Assembly: GCA_963674755.2 (NCBI GenBank)
Contig: CAXXVS010000003.1
Span: forward strand, 896,001 to 960,000
Length of the DNA stretch: 64,000 nucleotides
Reading direction: 5' to 3'
Origin: Desulfobacterales bacterium
GTDB lineage: Bacteria > Desulfobacterota > Desulfobacteria > Desulfobacterales > UBA5852
This document shows positions 45,921-55,918 of the stretch, piece after piece. The position numbers and the translations under genes were made by a program. The stretch's first letter is position 1. The number at the start of each line of letters is the position of its first letter. The notes beneath the pieces are model-generated. The model saw nothing but the letters and a program-made list of their open reading frames with translations. It had not been told where the DNA came from and made no database searches.

Positions 45921-46808
45921 TCATTCCGCAAGCGGTTCACCGGCATCGACATGGGCATCGTCCAGGTAAATCAGTACATCCCGCAGCCGAACCACCCCCA
46001 GGACCCGCCGGTTCGCATCGGTTACCGGCAATGTGCGAAACCCCTTGTCCATCATAAGCGCGGCAACTTCCCGCAACGGGGTTTGAGGCGTCACGGCAAT
46101 GGTTTCCCGCTGCATCACCGCGGCCACGGTTTTATCCGGCAGCCATTGGGGATTGGCGGAAAGTTCCTGCCAGGTGGGCATGACGCCCGTGTCGGGCCGC
46201 GCGACCTGGCGGACGATGTCCTGTTTACTCAAATGGCCGCTCAGGCAGCCCTCGGCATCCACGATGAAAAGGGTTTCGCCCGCCATCCGGGGCAGTCGGT
46301 GGTTGAAAACGGAGAAGGCTTCCAAGAGGGGATCGGCATCCTCGATCCGGCGAAAGGCCTCCAGGATCAATTCCCCGGCGGTCGAACGCGGCCACAGGAT
46401 GGGACGGCGTCGAATTTGTCCGATGGTACAGGCCACCTCCAATTTGGCCACCAGGTCCTCGATGCTGCAGGGTTTCATGAGATAATCGAAAGCCCCCTGC
46501 CGGATGGCCTCGATCCCGGTTTCCAGGGAGGCATGACCGGTCAGCATGATGACCGGCGGTGGCGAGGCCTTTTGCTGGATACGGCCCAGGGCGGTCAGGC
46601 CGTCCATCAGGGGCATGCGGATATCCAACACCAGGACATCAAAAGGCTGGTGGTCGATCAATTCCAGGGCCCGGCGGCCGTCACCGGCCGTGGCGACCTG
46701 GAAATGGTGTCTTTCCAGAAGCCTGCGCATCTGCGTGCAGAACCGCTCCTCATCGTCCACCAGCAGCACCCGCCGGGGCGGCGTGGTTTTTAGCGAGGCC
46801 TGTTCCAT
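45921..46808 (-). CDS. Response regulator fused to CBS domain pair
   Basis: Receiver (LLVDDE, LDIRMP, YLMKP) followed by two CBS repeats (LPVTD...GVVRLRD). Confidence 0.9.
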   Translation of the reverse strand: MEQASLKTTPPRRVLLVDDEERFCTQMRRLLERHHFQVATAGDGRRALELIDHQPFDVLVLDIRMPLMDGLTALGRIQQKASPPPVIMLTGHASLETGIEAIRQGAFDYLMKPCSIEDLVAKLEVACTIGQIRRRPILWPRSTAGELILEAFRRIEDADPLLEAFSVFNHRLPRMAGETLFIVDAEGCLSGHLSKQDIVRQVARPDTGVMPTWQELSANPQWLPDKTVAAVMQRETIAVTPQTPLREVAALMMDKGFRTLPVTDANRRVLGVVRLRDVLIYLDDAHVDAGEPLAE

Positions 46809-47045
46809 GGCATAGTCCTTTCCGGGATCCAGAGGATCATCCCACAGCCTTCAATCCGCCAATGGCGGACAAGGGGTTAATTCCCTGCCGCTTACGGCGT
46901 CACATGGCCTTCATCGATACCCCGCTGTCTTGCGGCGGGGCAGTTCATTTTTGCCGGCACCATCTCAAGCAAGGCCCTATCTGGTGCATGGCCCCCTCCT
47001 GGTCGATGCCCGTCGCATACCACCCGTAGACACAAATCCGGCGTT

Positions 47046-47064
47046 TGTCCATTGCGGATGGACA
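47046..47064. promoter_or_regulatory. TGTCCA-N7-TGGACA perfect palindrome, candidate bEBP binding site
   Basis: TGTCCATTGCGGATGGACA about 110-125 bp upstream of the 47171 promoter. Confidence 0.6.
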
Positions 47065-47170
47065 CCGCAGCGTAAAAGCGCCAACATCGACGGGCCGCTC
47101 CGGTACGCGGAAGCCCCATCCTGCTGGTTGCGGGACCGTTTAAGGATCGAAACGGCCCAATTGACCGGGA

Positions 47171-47186
47171 TGGCACTCGGTTTGCA
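47171..47186 (+). promoter_or_regulatory. Sigma54 -24/-12 promoter
   Basis: TGGCACTCGGTTTGCA, consensus match. Confidence 0.75.
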
Positions 47187-47255
47187 GTCGCGTTAGATCA
47201 ACGTCGGCGCGCCGCCGATCACCTTCCCCCTGATGCGGCGTGAGGCCTGGACCAC

Positions 47256-47519
47256 ATGACAGCCCACCTGACGCAGACGATCTTTCCCGGGGGCATGATG
47301 GACACCCGTACCCTGAGCAATGTCCGCGAGATCCTTCTTCCGTATTCCGGTGACCTGCCGTTGACGCCCGCGGTCAGCATCGAGGATTCGATCTCCAGAG
47401 TCATCGAGGTCATGGTCCGGCACAATGTACGCATCCTGCCCGTATTCCGCGATAAGCGCCCCGTAGGGCAGGTGCGTATGCAAGATGCGTTTGCCATCCT
47501 GGGCATCCGGATGCCCTGA
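47256..47519 (+). CDS. Small single-CBS-domain protein
   Basis: VSIEDSISRVIEVMVRHNVRILPVF...VGQV; start uncertain (47256 or 47295). Confidence 0.7.
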   Translation: MTAHLTQTIFPGGMMDTRTLSNVREILLPYSGDLPLTPAVSIEDSISRVIEVMVRHNVRILPVFRDKRPVGQVRMQDAFAILGIRMP

Positions 47520-47575
47520 GTCGATTCGGACACGATAGATGGAAGGATCCTCGGACGATTGCTTGGCCCATCCTT

Positions 47576-49024
47576 CTATACCGGAGAGGCATCCATCTCC
47601 GGCGCATCGGCTTCCCCGTCGGCCAGTTCTTTATAGTCCTCGGTCACGAGTCCCGCTTCTTTCATGAGACGGTGCAGGTACTGGCGCTGGATGCCTGCCT
47701 TCAGGGCGGCCCGGCTCACATTGCCGCCATTGTCACGCAGCAGATGATCGATATACTGCCGGTGAAAGATCGCGATCATCTGCTCCTTGGCATCCTTGAA
47801 TGCCAGCTGACGAAGGTCGGGCGGGAGGGTATAGGGCCCCTCCGGCGCTTCCGGGGCTTGGTCAAGGAAAAGATCGGCGGTTCGCAGCGTCGCGGTCCGG
47901 CAGAAAATGACGCCCCGTTCGATGATATTTTCCAATTCCCGCACGTTGCCGGGATAATCAAGCGTCATGAGCCGTTGCATGGCCCGCGGGCTGATGGCGG
48001 TAATGGCCTTTTGGTTGAGGACGGCATATTTTTTTAGGAAGTGCTGACCGAGCAGAGGAATATCGCCACGCCGGGCCGCCAGGGGCGGCAATTCGATATT
48101 GATCACATTGAGGCGGTAATAGAGATCCTCCCGGAAGTTCCCCCGGGCGATTTCTTCCTTGAGGAGGCGATTGGTGGCCGCAATGAAGCGGATGTCGGCC
48201 TTGCGGGTGGCATTGCCGCCTACGGGCCGGTATTCGCCTTCCTGGAGCAGGCGGAGCATCTTGGTCTGCAGGACGGGGCTCAGGTCGCCGATTTCATCCA
48301 GAAACAAGGTGCCGCCATGGGCGTCTTCGGCCAGGCCGCGCTTGTCTTTCCAGGCGCTGGTAAAGGCGCCCTTCAGGTGACCGAAAAGTTCGCTTTCGAG
48401 CACGTTTTCCGGAATGACGGTGCAGTTGAGGGTGACGAAACGCTTCGTGCGGCGGCGGCTATGGTCATGCAAGGCTTTGGCCACCAATTCCTTGCCGGTT
48501 CCGCTGGGGCCGGTGATGAGGACGGTGCCCTGGGTGGGGGCGACCTGGCGGATGCGTTCGAAAATGTCGTGCATCACCGGCGTCGTCCCCAGCAGCGCGG
48601 CAAACCCGTTCCGCTGGCCCAAGGCCTCCCGCAGGGCGTGATTTTCACGGCTGACGGTCTGAAAACTCATCACGTTTTCGATGGTCACCAGGATGCGTTC
48701 GCGGCGGAAGGGTTTGGTGATGAAATCGCAGGCCCCCTTGCGGGTGGCTTCGACCGCCGTATCGATGGTCCCGAAGGCGGTCATGACCACCACCGCCAGG
48801 GCCGGGTCGACCGACTTGACCTTTTCCAGCAGGCGCAGGCCGTCCATTCCGGGCATCTTGAGATCCGTTATCACCATATCGAAACCGCCGGTCTTGACCT
48901 TTTCCAAGGCGTCCAGGGGGTCATGGGTGGTGACCACTTTGTGGCGGGTTTCTTCGCTGATGATGCGCTCGATCAACAGCAACATATCCCGTTCATCGTC
49001 CACGATCAGGATGCTTCCTCTCAT
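47576..49024 (-). CDS. Sigma54-dependent NtrC-family response regulator (REC-AAA-Fis HTH)
   Basis: Receiver domain, GPSGTGKE, ESELFGH..GAFTSA, FLDEIGD, FREDLYYRL, YPGNVREL, GNVSRAA HTH. Confidence 0.96.
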   Translation of the reverse strand: MRGSILIVDDERDMLLLIERIISEETRHKVVTTHDPLDALEKVKTGGFDMVITDLKMPGMDGLRLLEKVKSVDPALAVVVMTAFGTIDTAVEATRKGACDFITKPFRRERILVTIENVMSFQTVSRENHALREALGQRNGFAALLGTTPVMHDIFERIRQVAPTQGTVLITGPSGTGKELVAKALHDHSRRRTKRFVTLNCTVIPENVLESELFGHLKGAFTSAWKDKRGLAEDAHGGTLFLDEIGDLSPVLQTKMLRLLQEGEYRPVGGNATRKADIRFIAATNRLLKEEIARGNFREDLYYRLNVINIELPPLAARRGDIPLLGQHFLKKYAVLNQKAITAISPRAMQRLMTLDYPGNVRELENIIERGVIFCRTATLRTADLFLDQAPEAPEGPYTLPPDLRQLAFKDAKEQMIAIFHRQYIDHLLRDNGGNVSRAALKAGIQRQYLHRLMKEAGLVTEDYKELADGEADAPEMDASPV

Positions 49025-51156
49025 ACGGCCTCCTGCTGACGTTGGGGCAATTTTACGATGAAGGTGGTACCACTCCGCTCCCGGCCGCCTGAATCGCGGC
49101 TTTCACAGTGAATGGATCCGCCGAAGCTGGTGATGATGCCGTAACTGACAAACAGTCCCAGCCCGGTTCCCTCGCCTTCGGGTTTGGTCGTGAAAAAGGG
49201 TTCGTAGATGCGGTCCAGGTCGGCCTCGGGGATGCCGCGGCCGGTGTCCGATACCTTGACGACCGCATTCCGGCTGCTTTTGTCGAAAGATGCGCGGATG
49301 GTCAGCAGGCCGCCGTCGGGCATGGCCGCCACGGCGTTGTTCATGAGATTGAGAAAGACCTGCTGAAGCTGCCGGCAGTCGCCCCGCACGGCGGGCAGCC
49401 GACGGGCGATGTCGGTTTTGAGGGTGACGGTGCGTCGTTCAATGCTGTGGCGGGCCACCTTGATGATTTCCTCCAGACAGTGATGCAGATCGGTGCTTTC
49501 CTCGGACACCTTGCGGTCCCGGGCGAAGCTGAGCAGATTGTCGACAATTTCTTTGCAGTGCAGTCCCTGCCGTTCGATGATTTTCAAGTCGTCATAGGCT
49601 TGGCTGCCCGGCGGCTGCTTGCGAACCAGCAGGTCGCAAAACCCCAGGATGACGCCCAAGGGGTTGTTGATCTCATGGGCCACCCCGGCCGCCAGGGTCC
49701 CCAGGGCGGCCAGTTTTTCGGTGGCGATCAGGTTGCGCTGCAAGGTTTTATTCTCGGTGATATCCCGTGCGATGCACAGGGCGGCATGGATTTCGCCGGC
49801 TTCGTTTTTCAACGGCATATAGTTGGCATTGAGCCATACCGCAGGATCCACGGACCGGATTTCGATTTCTTCGCGGACACTGCGCCCGGTGGCGAAAACC
49901 TGTTGAACGGCCTTGATGTTGCGCTGCCCCACATCGTCGCTCAGCAGATCGGCCAGGGGGCGGTCCACTAGGTTGTCGGGATCGCTGCCGAAGAAATGGG
50001 CCGTGTAGCTGTTGACGGATTTCAAGCGGACGGCGGCATCCAGGGTGAAGATAAAGTCCTCGGCGCTCTCGATGAGCAGACGGTATTTTTCCTCCGAGCG
50101 TTTCAGCGCCTGGGTGCGGACTGCCACCAGTTTTTCCAGGCGACGGGAGAAACGGATTTCGAACAGGAACAAAGCCGCGGCCGCCGCTGCCACGACCAGG
50201 ATCATCAGGGCCTGGAGCATCAGCTGCCAGCGATGGATCTTGCCGACGGTGTCTGCGATTTCGTGGGTCGGGGCGACCACCGCGACACTCCAAAACTGGC
50301 GGGGTGTCTGGGCAACGTGAATGGGGCAATAGGCGATCAGCTTGGCAATTTCGCCGGTGAGCCCCCTGTGCCAGCCCGATTGATAGGTTCCGGTGCCTTC
50401 CCGGCCTTGCAGCATCTCTTCCTTCTGGATGTGATCGATTTGGACGAAGTCCAGATCGGGATAGGTTTCCTGACGTGCTTCGAAGACGCTGCGGCCGATA
50501 TAATCCGTGAAGGGATGATAGAGGAAACGGCCCTGATCGTCGATGATCCATGCATAGCCGCTGTTGCCGGAGCGAATGTTCTTGAGGAGCGGGGTGAGAA
50601 ACCAGGCCAGGTCGACCTTCAGCAGGAGCAATTGCTCCCGGCGGCGGTCCAGCGCGGTTGCCAGGGACAGGATCATCCGGGAACCGCTTACGCGGGGGCG
50701 GACCACGCTGATTTCACCCGGTTCCGGCAGCGTTGCCATGGCCGGCATGGGCCGTGCCGAGGCGGCCGATTGGACGGCGGAACCATAAGCATACACCCAT
50801 AGCGTATCGGCGCTCCGGTTCCAGACCTGAATTTCCATGACCCCGGCCTTGCCCAATCGCTCCAGTTCGATTGGCAGGTAGGCCTGCTGTTCGGCCGGAC
50901 CCGGCGGCGCCGCCGTGATCCTTACGGCCAGTTGCAGCAGCTCTTCCTCCAGGATACCGAGGGATTGTTCCACCAGCATCTGGGTGCTGCGCGCTACGGC
51001 GAGCTGCTCCTGGTTGAACTGATCGCTGACGAGCATGACCATCTGTCGCCCGAATCGAATCTGTACCACGGTGGCCACCAACAGGGTTACGGCCGCGGCG
51101 GCCACGATAATCCAGGCGGGCCCCTGTCGGGGATTCATGTGTGCGATCGTGTCCAT
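49021..51156 (-). CDS. Sensor histidine kinase (Cache + PAS)
   Basis: Two TM helices, GYAWIID..G.FLYHP Cache motif, PAS, AHEINNPL, FFTTK, GTGLGL; coupled to the NtrC gene. Confidence 0.93.
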   Translation of the reverse strand: MDTIAHMNPRQGPAWIIVAAAAVTLLVATVVQIRFGRQMVMLVSDQFNQEQLAVARSTQMLVEQSLGILEEELLQLAVRITAAPPGPAEQQAYLPIELERLGKAGVMEIQVWNRSADTLWVYAYGSAVQSAASARPMPAMATLPEPGEISVVRPRVSGSRMILSLATALDRRREQLLLLKVDLAWFLTPLLKNIRSGNSGYAWIIDDQGRFLYHPFTDYIGRSVFEARQETYPDLDFVQIDHIQKEEMLQGREGTGTYQSGWHRGLTGEIAKLIAYCPIHVAQTPRQFWSVAVVAPTHEIADTVGKIHRWQLMLQALMILVVAAAAAALFLFEIRFSRRLEKLVAVRTQALKRSEEKYRLLIESAEDFIFTLDAAVRLKSVNSYTAHFFGSDPDNLVDRPLADLLSDDVGQRNIKAVQQVFATGRSVREEIEIRSVDPAVWLNANYMPLKNEAGEIHAALCIARDITENKTLQRNLIATEKLAALGTLAAGVAHEINNPLGVILGFCDLLVRKQPPGSQAYDDLKIIERQGLHCKEIVDNLLSFARDRKVSEESTDLHHCLEEIIKVARHSIERRTVTLKTDIARRLPAVRGDCRQLQQVFLNLMNNAVAAMPDGGLLTIRASFDKSSRNAVVKVSDTGRGIPEADLDRIYEPFFTTKPEGEGTGLGLFVSYGIITSFGGSIHCESRDSGGRERSGTTFIVKLPQRQQEAV

Positions 51157-51171
51157 GGCGTGGTTAAGGGC

Positions 51172-51187
51172 AGCAAATCATGTGCCA
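51172..51187 (-). promoter_or_regulatory. Sigma54 -24/-12 promoter
   Basis: TGGCACATGATTTGCT, consensus match just upstream of the kinase. Confidence 0.7.
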
Positions 51188-51351
51188 GGGAAAAGGCGCC
51201 GCCCGGGGGTATTCCTACCCGGGAAAAAAGCCGTTGCGCGGGCGGCTGGGGCCGGGGAGGCGTGCCTCAGGCGCAACGGCCTGTCAGTTTTTTTTACTGA
51301 TTGTAAATCAACATCGCCGGCATTCGCCTGCCAGACGATGGGGGTGTGGTA

Positions 51352-51888
51352 TCAGACGCCCCAAAAGGCGATGATCACAAACGCCAGGCAGGCCGCGCAT
51401 ACCGTGTGGCTTACGACGCCTTTTTTAAGGGGATGGAAATGCGCTTCGTTGCGCCGATGACCGTCCGGGCAGATATATTCCACGACTGTCCGGCCGCTGC
51501 GCTTGGACACGTGGCGGATCCGCCTGACCGGCGCGCCGCAGAAACCGTGCGCGTCCTTTGAGCGGGCCTGACAGGTCATGCGGTTGCCCGCGACGAGGCT
51601 GGTCAGGTTGTAGATCCAGTTCCAGGTGATGGCCCCGATCAGAAGCGTGAGCAGTATGATGATGACATGGCGCTGGGTGACCCCCAGGGACGATAGGGAA
51701 GCGCCAATATTGGCGGGGGTCAGGGGGCCTTCCACCGTTCCGAAAAGCCCCAGGTAATAAAGGAAGAAGCTGACCCCCATGACGATCAGGGTCAGGCCGA
51801 AGTTGTGCAGACGGCTACGCGCGAAGCCATGGGAAGGCCGGCCGGTTCCGGTCGTATCCATCGTCGGGGGGGGATATGATTTGCTCAT
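51352..51888 (-). CDS. Hypothetical membrane protein with Cys/His-rich loop
   Basis: Three hydrophobic helices; C..C...CPDGH..AHFH loop; RBS aggag; follows tauE. Confidence 0.7.
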   Translation of the reverse strand: MSKSYPPPTMDTTGTGRPSHGFARSRLHNFGLTLIVMGVSFFLYYLGLFGTVEGPLTPANIGASLSSLGVTQRHVIIILLTLLIGAITWNWIYNLTSLVAGNRMTCQARSKDAHGFCGAPVRRIRHVSKRSGRTVVEYICPDGHRRNEAHFHPLKKGVVSHTVCAACLAFVIIAFWGV

Positions 51889-51973
51889 CGCGGGGCATCT
51901 CCTGTTTGGTCTCAAGGGCGTGGATCAAATGCTCCCCGGACCGCCGGGGGTCCGGGGAGCGCAGGTTAAGGCA

Positions 51974-53020
51974 TCAGGCACCGGCCAATTTGTGCATGAT
52001 GTCCGGGATGATTTTGTAGAAGGCATAGGCCGTCAGTACGAGGCAGTAGGCCGGCACCACGATCTTCCACAGCTTTTCGGGAAAGACGCGTGTCATGTAG
52101 GGCGCCGCCACGGCCGAGAACATGGTGGCCAGCATGAAGCTGGGCAGCAGGATGTAGTCGATCTGCACCCCGCTGGTCAGCATGCCGATCCAAATCAGCA
52201 CCGCGATGGTGCTCACCGTGCCCTCGCTGATGGCGGTAACCGCCAGCATGCTCTTGACCGGTACGCCGGCCAGCAGACCGCCGATGGTCACCACCGGCCC
52301 GTAGCCGCCGCCCCCCACGCCCTTGTTGAACCCGGCCAGAGCGGCCCACAGAACCATGCGTTTGGGGCGATAGGGTCGGTCCTTCCTGGACTGGAACAAT
52401 GAAACCGCGCCCATCATGAGCAGCAGCAATGCCACGTAGAGTTTGATCCAGATTTTACCCACATGGAAGATCTTGTAGACCCCGATGATGGCCGTGAGGT
52501 TGAACAAAACGCCGGTTCCGGCGATGATGAGCCAGAGCTTGACGGTTTCGCTCATGGGTGAAAATTTCCATTCCACGTTTTCGAATTCCCGATGCAGGAA
52601 GGCCCCCACCAGGCCGGCCGCGCCCTGCTGGATCATGACCACCGGCACGATCTGTTTGGGATCGAAGCCCACCATGAGCAGCAGCGGGGTCAGGGCCGTG
52701 CCGAAGCCCATGCCGGCCGAGGCGTCCATGAATTCGAAGAAGGCGGCAATCAATACCACGCTCCAGACGATGCTCCACTCGTTGCCCATAAGCCCGTGCT
52801 CCACGACATACTTGGAGGGCATGCGTACGGTGGCCTCGAAGGGATTGCCGGCCAGCCAGATGCCCACGAAAAAGAGCACGAAGAACACGGCGATGCCGCC
52901 GCCGGCCGCCTTGACGTGGTTCCACTCGGGAATCAGGCGCTCCAATATGGTTTTCTTTTTGCCTTCGAGGTCCCGGGCGACCTCCCATCCTGCCACTCTT
53001 TCATTGGTTCCGTTGCTCAT
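51974..53020 (-). CDS. Sulfite exporter TauE/SafE family protein
   Basis: FMDASAGMGFG and GFNKGVGGGGYGP repeats, about nine TM helices; RBS aaggagg. Confidence 0.9.
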   Translation of the reverse strand: MSNGTNERVAGWEVARDLEGKKKTILERLIPEWNHVKAAGGGIAVFFVLFFVGIWLAGNPFEATVRMPSKYVVEHGLMGNEWSIVWSVVLIAAFFEFMDASAGMGFGTALTPLLLMVGFDPKQIVPVVMIQQGAAGLVGAFLHREFENVEWKFSPMSETVKLWLIIAGTGVLFNLTAIIGVYKIFHVGKIWIKLYVALLLLMMGAVSLFQSRKDRPYRPKRMVLWAALAGFNKGVGGGGYGPVVTIGGLLAGVPVKSMLAVTAISEGTVSTIAVLIWIGMLTSGVQIDYILLPSFMLATMFSAVAAPYMTRVFPEKLWKIVVPAYCLVLTAYAFYKIIPDIMHKLAGA

Positions 53021-53064
53021 TTGTGCCTCCTTCCAAAAGTATTCTGATGTGGGTGAAGCGTTGT

Positions 53065-53140
53065 TGCATCGTTTTTGCCATCGGAAACGGTGCGGTTATG
53101 AGCCATGCTCTTGGAACCGTCCTTTACAAGCGGCATGCCA
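53065..53140 (-). promoter_or_regulatory. Two sigma54 -24/-12 promoter candidates upstream of tauE
   Basis: TGGCAAAAACGATGCA (53065-53080) and TGGCATGCCGCTTGTA (53125-53140). Confidence 0.55.
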
Positions 53141-53231
53141 GATCGGGAAGCGACCCAAAAATTTATAACTATTTGGAATAACGATTAATTCTCAACAAAC
53201 GAATAGCGCCGTGTGCTTCCCCGGGCGTGAT

Positions 53232-53283
53232 TGGATACTGGCAGTGGACACCCTCTGTGGCGGGTGTCTTTCGCTGGAGGACA
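53232..53283. promoter_or_regulatory. Tandem TGTC-N11-GACA-like sites upstream of tauE
   Basis: TGTCTTTCGCTGGAGGACA (53265-53283) and weaker TGGATACTGGCAGTGGACA (53232-53250). Confidence 0.5.
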
Positions 53284-53469
53284 AGCCCTTGGCGGTTTTT
53301 GGAAGGCACGTTGCCGCGGTCGGTCGGGGTAGCGGCTAACGTGGTGGGAATAGAGAAGGCCGAAAAAAGAACCCGTCCAGCCAGGGGCAGTTGGCCGGAC
53401 GGGCTCCGCGGGGTGGATGACGGCGCCAGGGAGGAGCCGCATCCAGGGGGTGATTCGGTTAGAGGCCCA

Positions 53470-54231
53470 TCATTGCTGATCGCTCATGACGGTGGCGCCC
53501 TGAGGGGCTGCCAAGTCCATGGCCGTTTCCGGTTCCTGGGCGGTCTGCCGGCGCCGGATCAATATCCATTGGCCCAGGGCAACGACGCCGACCGTAAAGA
53601 AGATCATTACGCCGTATTCCACGGCCTTGGTGGGATGCAACAGATTGTGGACATAGGGGTCGGTGATCATCATCTCGCCGCCGACCTTGCCCAGGATGGC
53701 GGAGCCGATATAGACGATAATGGGATAGCGGTCCATGAGCTTGGCCAGCAGGGAACTCATGAAAACCACGAAGGGGATGCTCAGGGCCAGCCCGAAGATG
53801 AGCAGGAAGAAGTTGCCGTGGGAGGCCCCGCCCACGGCCAGCATGTTGTCGATGCCCATGCTCATGTCCGCCACGATGATGATCCATACGGCCTGCCATA
53901 GATTGCCCGCCTCGCGGACGTTTTCATCCTCGGCGCCTTCCACCAGCAATTTGACGGCAATCCACAAAATGACCGCGCCGCCCAGAAGCTTGACGAACGA
54001 AATCATGAGCAGTTTGGCAACGAAGAAGGTGCAGATGACCCGGACGATAACGGCCCCGGCGGCCCCGGCGGTGATGCCCCAGGTCCGCTGGCGCCCGGTG
54101 AGCTTTTTAACGGCCAAGGCGATGACCACCGCATTGTCGCCGGCTAATACCAGATCGATAATCACGATACTGACCAGGGCGGAAAAAAACTGTGCGTTGA
54201 GATGAATTTCTCCCAAAAAACCGAGATCCAT
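53470..54231 (-). CDS. TerC family (YjbE-like) membrane protein
   Basis: IDLVLAGDNAVVIA and ADMSMGIDNMLAV motifs. Confidence 0.92.
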   Translation of the reverse strand: MDLGFLGEIHLNAQFFSALVSIVIIDLVLAGDNAVVIALAVKKLTGRQRTWGITAGAAGAVIVRVICTFFVAKLLMISFVKLLGGAVILWIAVKLLVEGAEDENVREAGNLWQAVWIIIVADMSMGIDNMLAVGGASHGNFFLLIFGLALSIPFVVFMSSLLAKLMDRYPIIVYIGSAILGKVGGEMMITDPYVHNLLHPTKAVEYGVMIFFTVGVVALGQWILIRRRQTAQEPETAMDLAAPQGATVMSDQQ

Positions 54232-54294
54232 TTTATACCCCCTATGTTTAATGATTTCCGATGAACGTTGTCATTTTTGTCTGGGGAGCTAAAA

Positions 54295-54310
54295 AGCAAT
54301 TGGCGTGCCT
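54295..54310 (-). promoter_or_regulatory. Sigma54 -24/-12 promoter
   Basis: AGGCACGCCAATTGCT upstream of terC; TGTCAC-N7-GAGACG site at 54404-54422. Confidence 0.7.
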
Positions 54311-54460
54311 TATTCACTTCATTTGGGAGAAGTATTTTTCCAACGTGATATCAGATGATTAAGCTTAATGGAGGGAAGCTGCTAGGATGCCGGCAGCCAT
54401 TAGTGTCACTTGTGCGGAGACGCCGGTGAAATAGACAGGTGACAGATTTTTGAATCGATT

Positions 54461-55699
54461 CTACGGTTCCCCGGCCAGGTGTGCGGCAATTGCGCGAAAG
54501 ACGGCGAGCGATTCGGATGCCATTTCTGTTCCGATCTGCAGGTCATCGGCATCGGCCGAGGTCTTGACGATCACCACGCGATGGCGCGGATGAATGTAGA
54601 TGAACTGGCCGCCAATCCCCATGGCGTAATAGTCTCCCTCGGGAGGGTCCGGCAGCCACCACTGGTAGCCGTATCGCTGGGAAGGCCGGGATGTCGTGTT
54701 GGCGCTCCTCGGCTTCGGGTGCGGGTGGTCGGGGGCCACCGAAGCCCGGACCCAGTGGGCCGGGAGGATCTGCTGACCGCGGAAATTTCGCCCCGCATTT
54801 AAGAAGAGAAGTCCGAAACGGGCATAATCCCGAAGGCTGGCATTGAGGCCGCCGAAGGCCATTTCCATGCCGCTATCATCCACCAGCCAAAAGGCATCCG
54901 CCTCGACCCCCAAGCGGGACCACAGCTTCTCCTCCATATAGGTGCTCAGGCTACGCCCGGTAGCCTCCCGCAGCACCATGGCCAACACTTGCGCATCCAT
55001 GCTCACCATGCCATGGGCTTTACCCGGCGGTCGGATCCGGCGGGTGGCGACAACGATATCATCCATGACGGTACCCCAGGCGATGGAACGCCACACGCGG
55101 TTGATGTCCGATGCGAGCCGGGCATAATTTTCGTCGAAAACGATCCCCGAGGACATTTGCAAGGCGTCCTGCAACGTGACCCCGGCATACCCGGAGATGT
55201 TCAGCAGCGGAACATAGTCGTTGACCAGGTCGGTCGTGCTGCGGAGCAGCCCTTCCTCCAGGGCGCAGCCCGCAAGGGCCGTGATGACGGGATGACTTGC
55301 GGACCAGGCCACCCAATGGGTGCGGGCGTCGTTTCCCCGGTAATAGCGTTCGAAGGCGATCGCCCCGTCGTGCACGACAATAAGGCCGCTGGTGGTGGTG
55401 GCCGCAATCCATCCCGTCAGGTCATGCGCGCTTCCCATGTAGACGTAGGATTCGGGGAGGGGCTTGTTGTTGTAAGGCAGCCGGTAGGTCGGTCCGCTGC
55501 GGCGTACGGTCGTATAATCCCAAACACGGGTCATGCTCCTGAAGTTTTCGACAATCGCGGAGGGCTGAAAGAGTGTGAGGACGAAATGGAGGCGAAAGAG
55601 ATCCTTTTTCAAAAGCTGGGAGACGCCCAACAGGACGAGCAGGACGACGCCGATGGTGAAGCCGATTTTACGCCATATGGGGTTTTGGAAAGCGACCAC
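54461..55699 (-). CDS. Beta-lactamase class C / 6-aminohexanoate-dimer-hydrolase-like serine hydrolase with degenerate catalytic motifs
   Basis: N-terminal TM; LQMSSG, RDYARFG, YGYQWW, GIGGQFIYI; SxxK reads SASH; start uncertain. Confidence 0.8.
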   Translation of the reverse strand: MVAFQNPIWRKIGFTIGVVLLVLLGVSQLLKKDLFRLHFVLTLFQPSAIVENFRSMTRVWDYTTVRRSGPTYRLPYNNKPLPESYVYMGSAHDLTGWIAATTTSGLIVVHDGAIAFERYYRGNDARTHWVAWSASHPVITALAGCALEEGLLRSTTDLVNDYVPLLNISGYAGVTLQDALQMSSGIVFDENYARLASDINRVWRSIAWGTVMDDIVVATRRIRPPGKAHGMVSMDAQVLAMVLREATGRSLSTYMEEKLWSRLGVEADAFWLVDDSGMEMAFGGLNASLRDYARFGLLFLNAGRNFRGQQILPAHWVRASVAPDHPHPKPRSANTTSRPSQRYGYQWWLPDPPEGDYYAMGIGGQFIYIHPRHRVVIVKTSADADDLQIGTEMASESLAVFRAIAAHLAGEP

Positions 55700-55918
55700 G
55701 CTTGGACTCCCGGCCCGGACGATTCCGGAAGCGTATCGGCCGGGCAACGGAAATTTTTTCGAACCGGAGGCCTATAGGGTCCCGTTCCCTTATTGTCTAT
55801 CCCGGTAGGCGGTGAAACTCAAGCGGCTTGCTGGCAAGATATTCAGGCGGATGGGCAACGACGCGACAAGCACCTGCGCGGGGGGGCTCCGGCAGGTGCT
55901 CGTTTCTGAAGATTGGGG

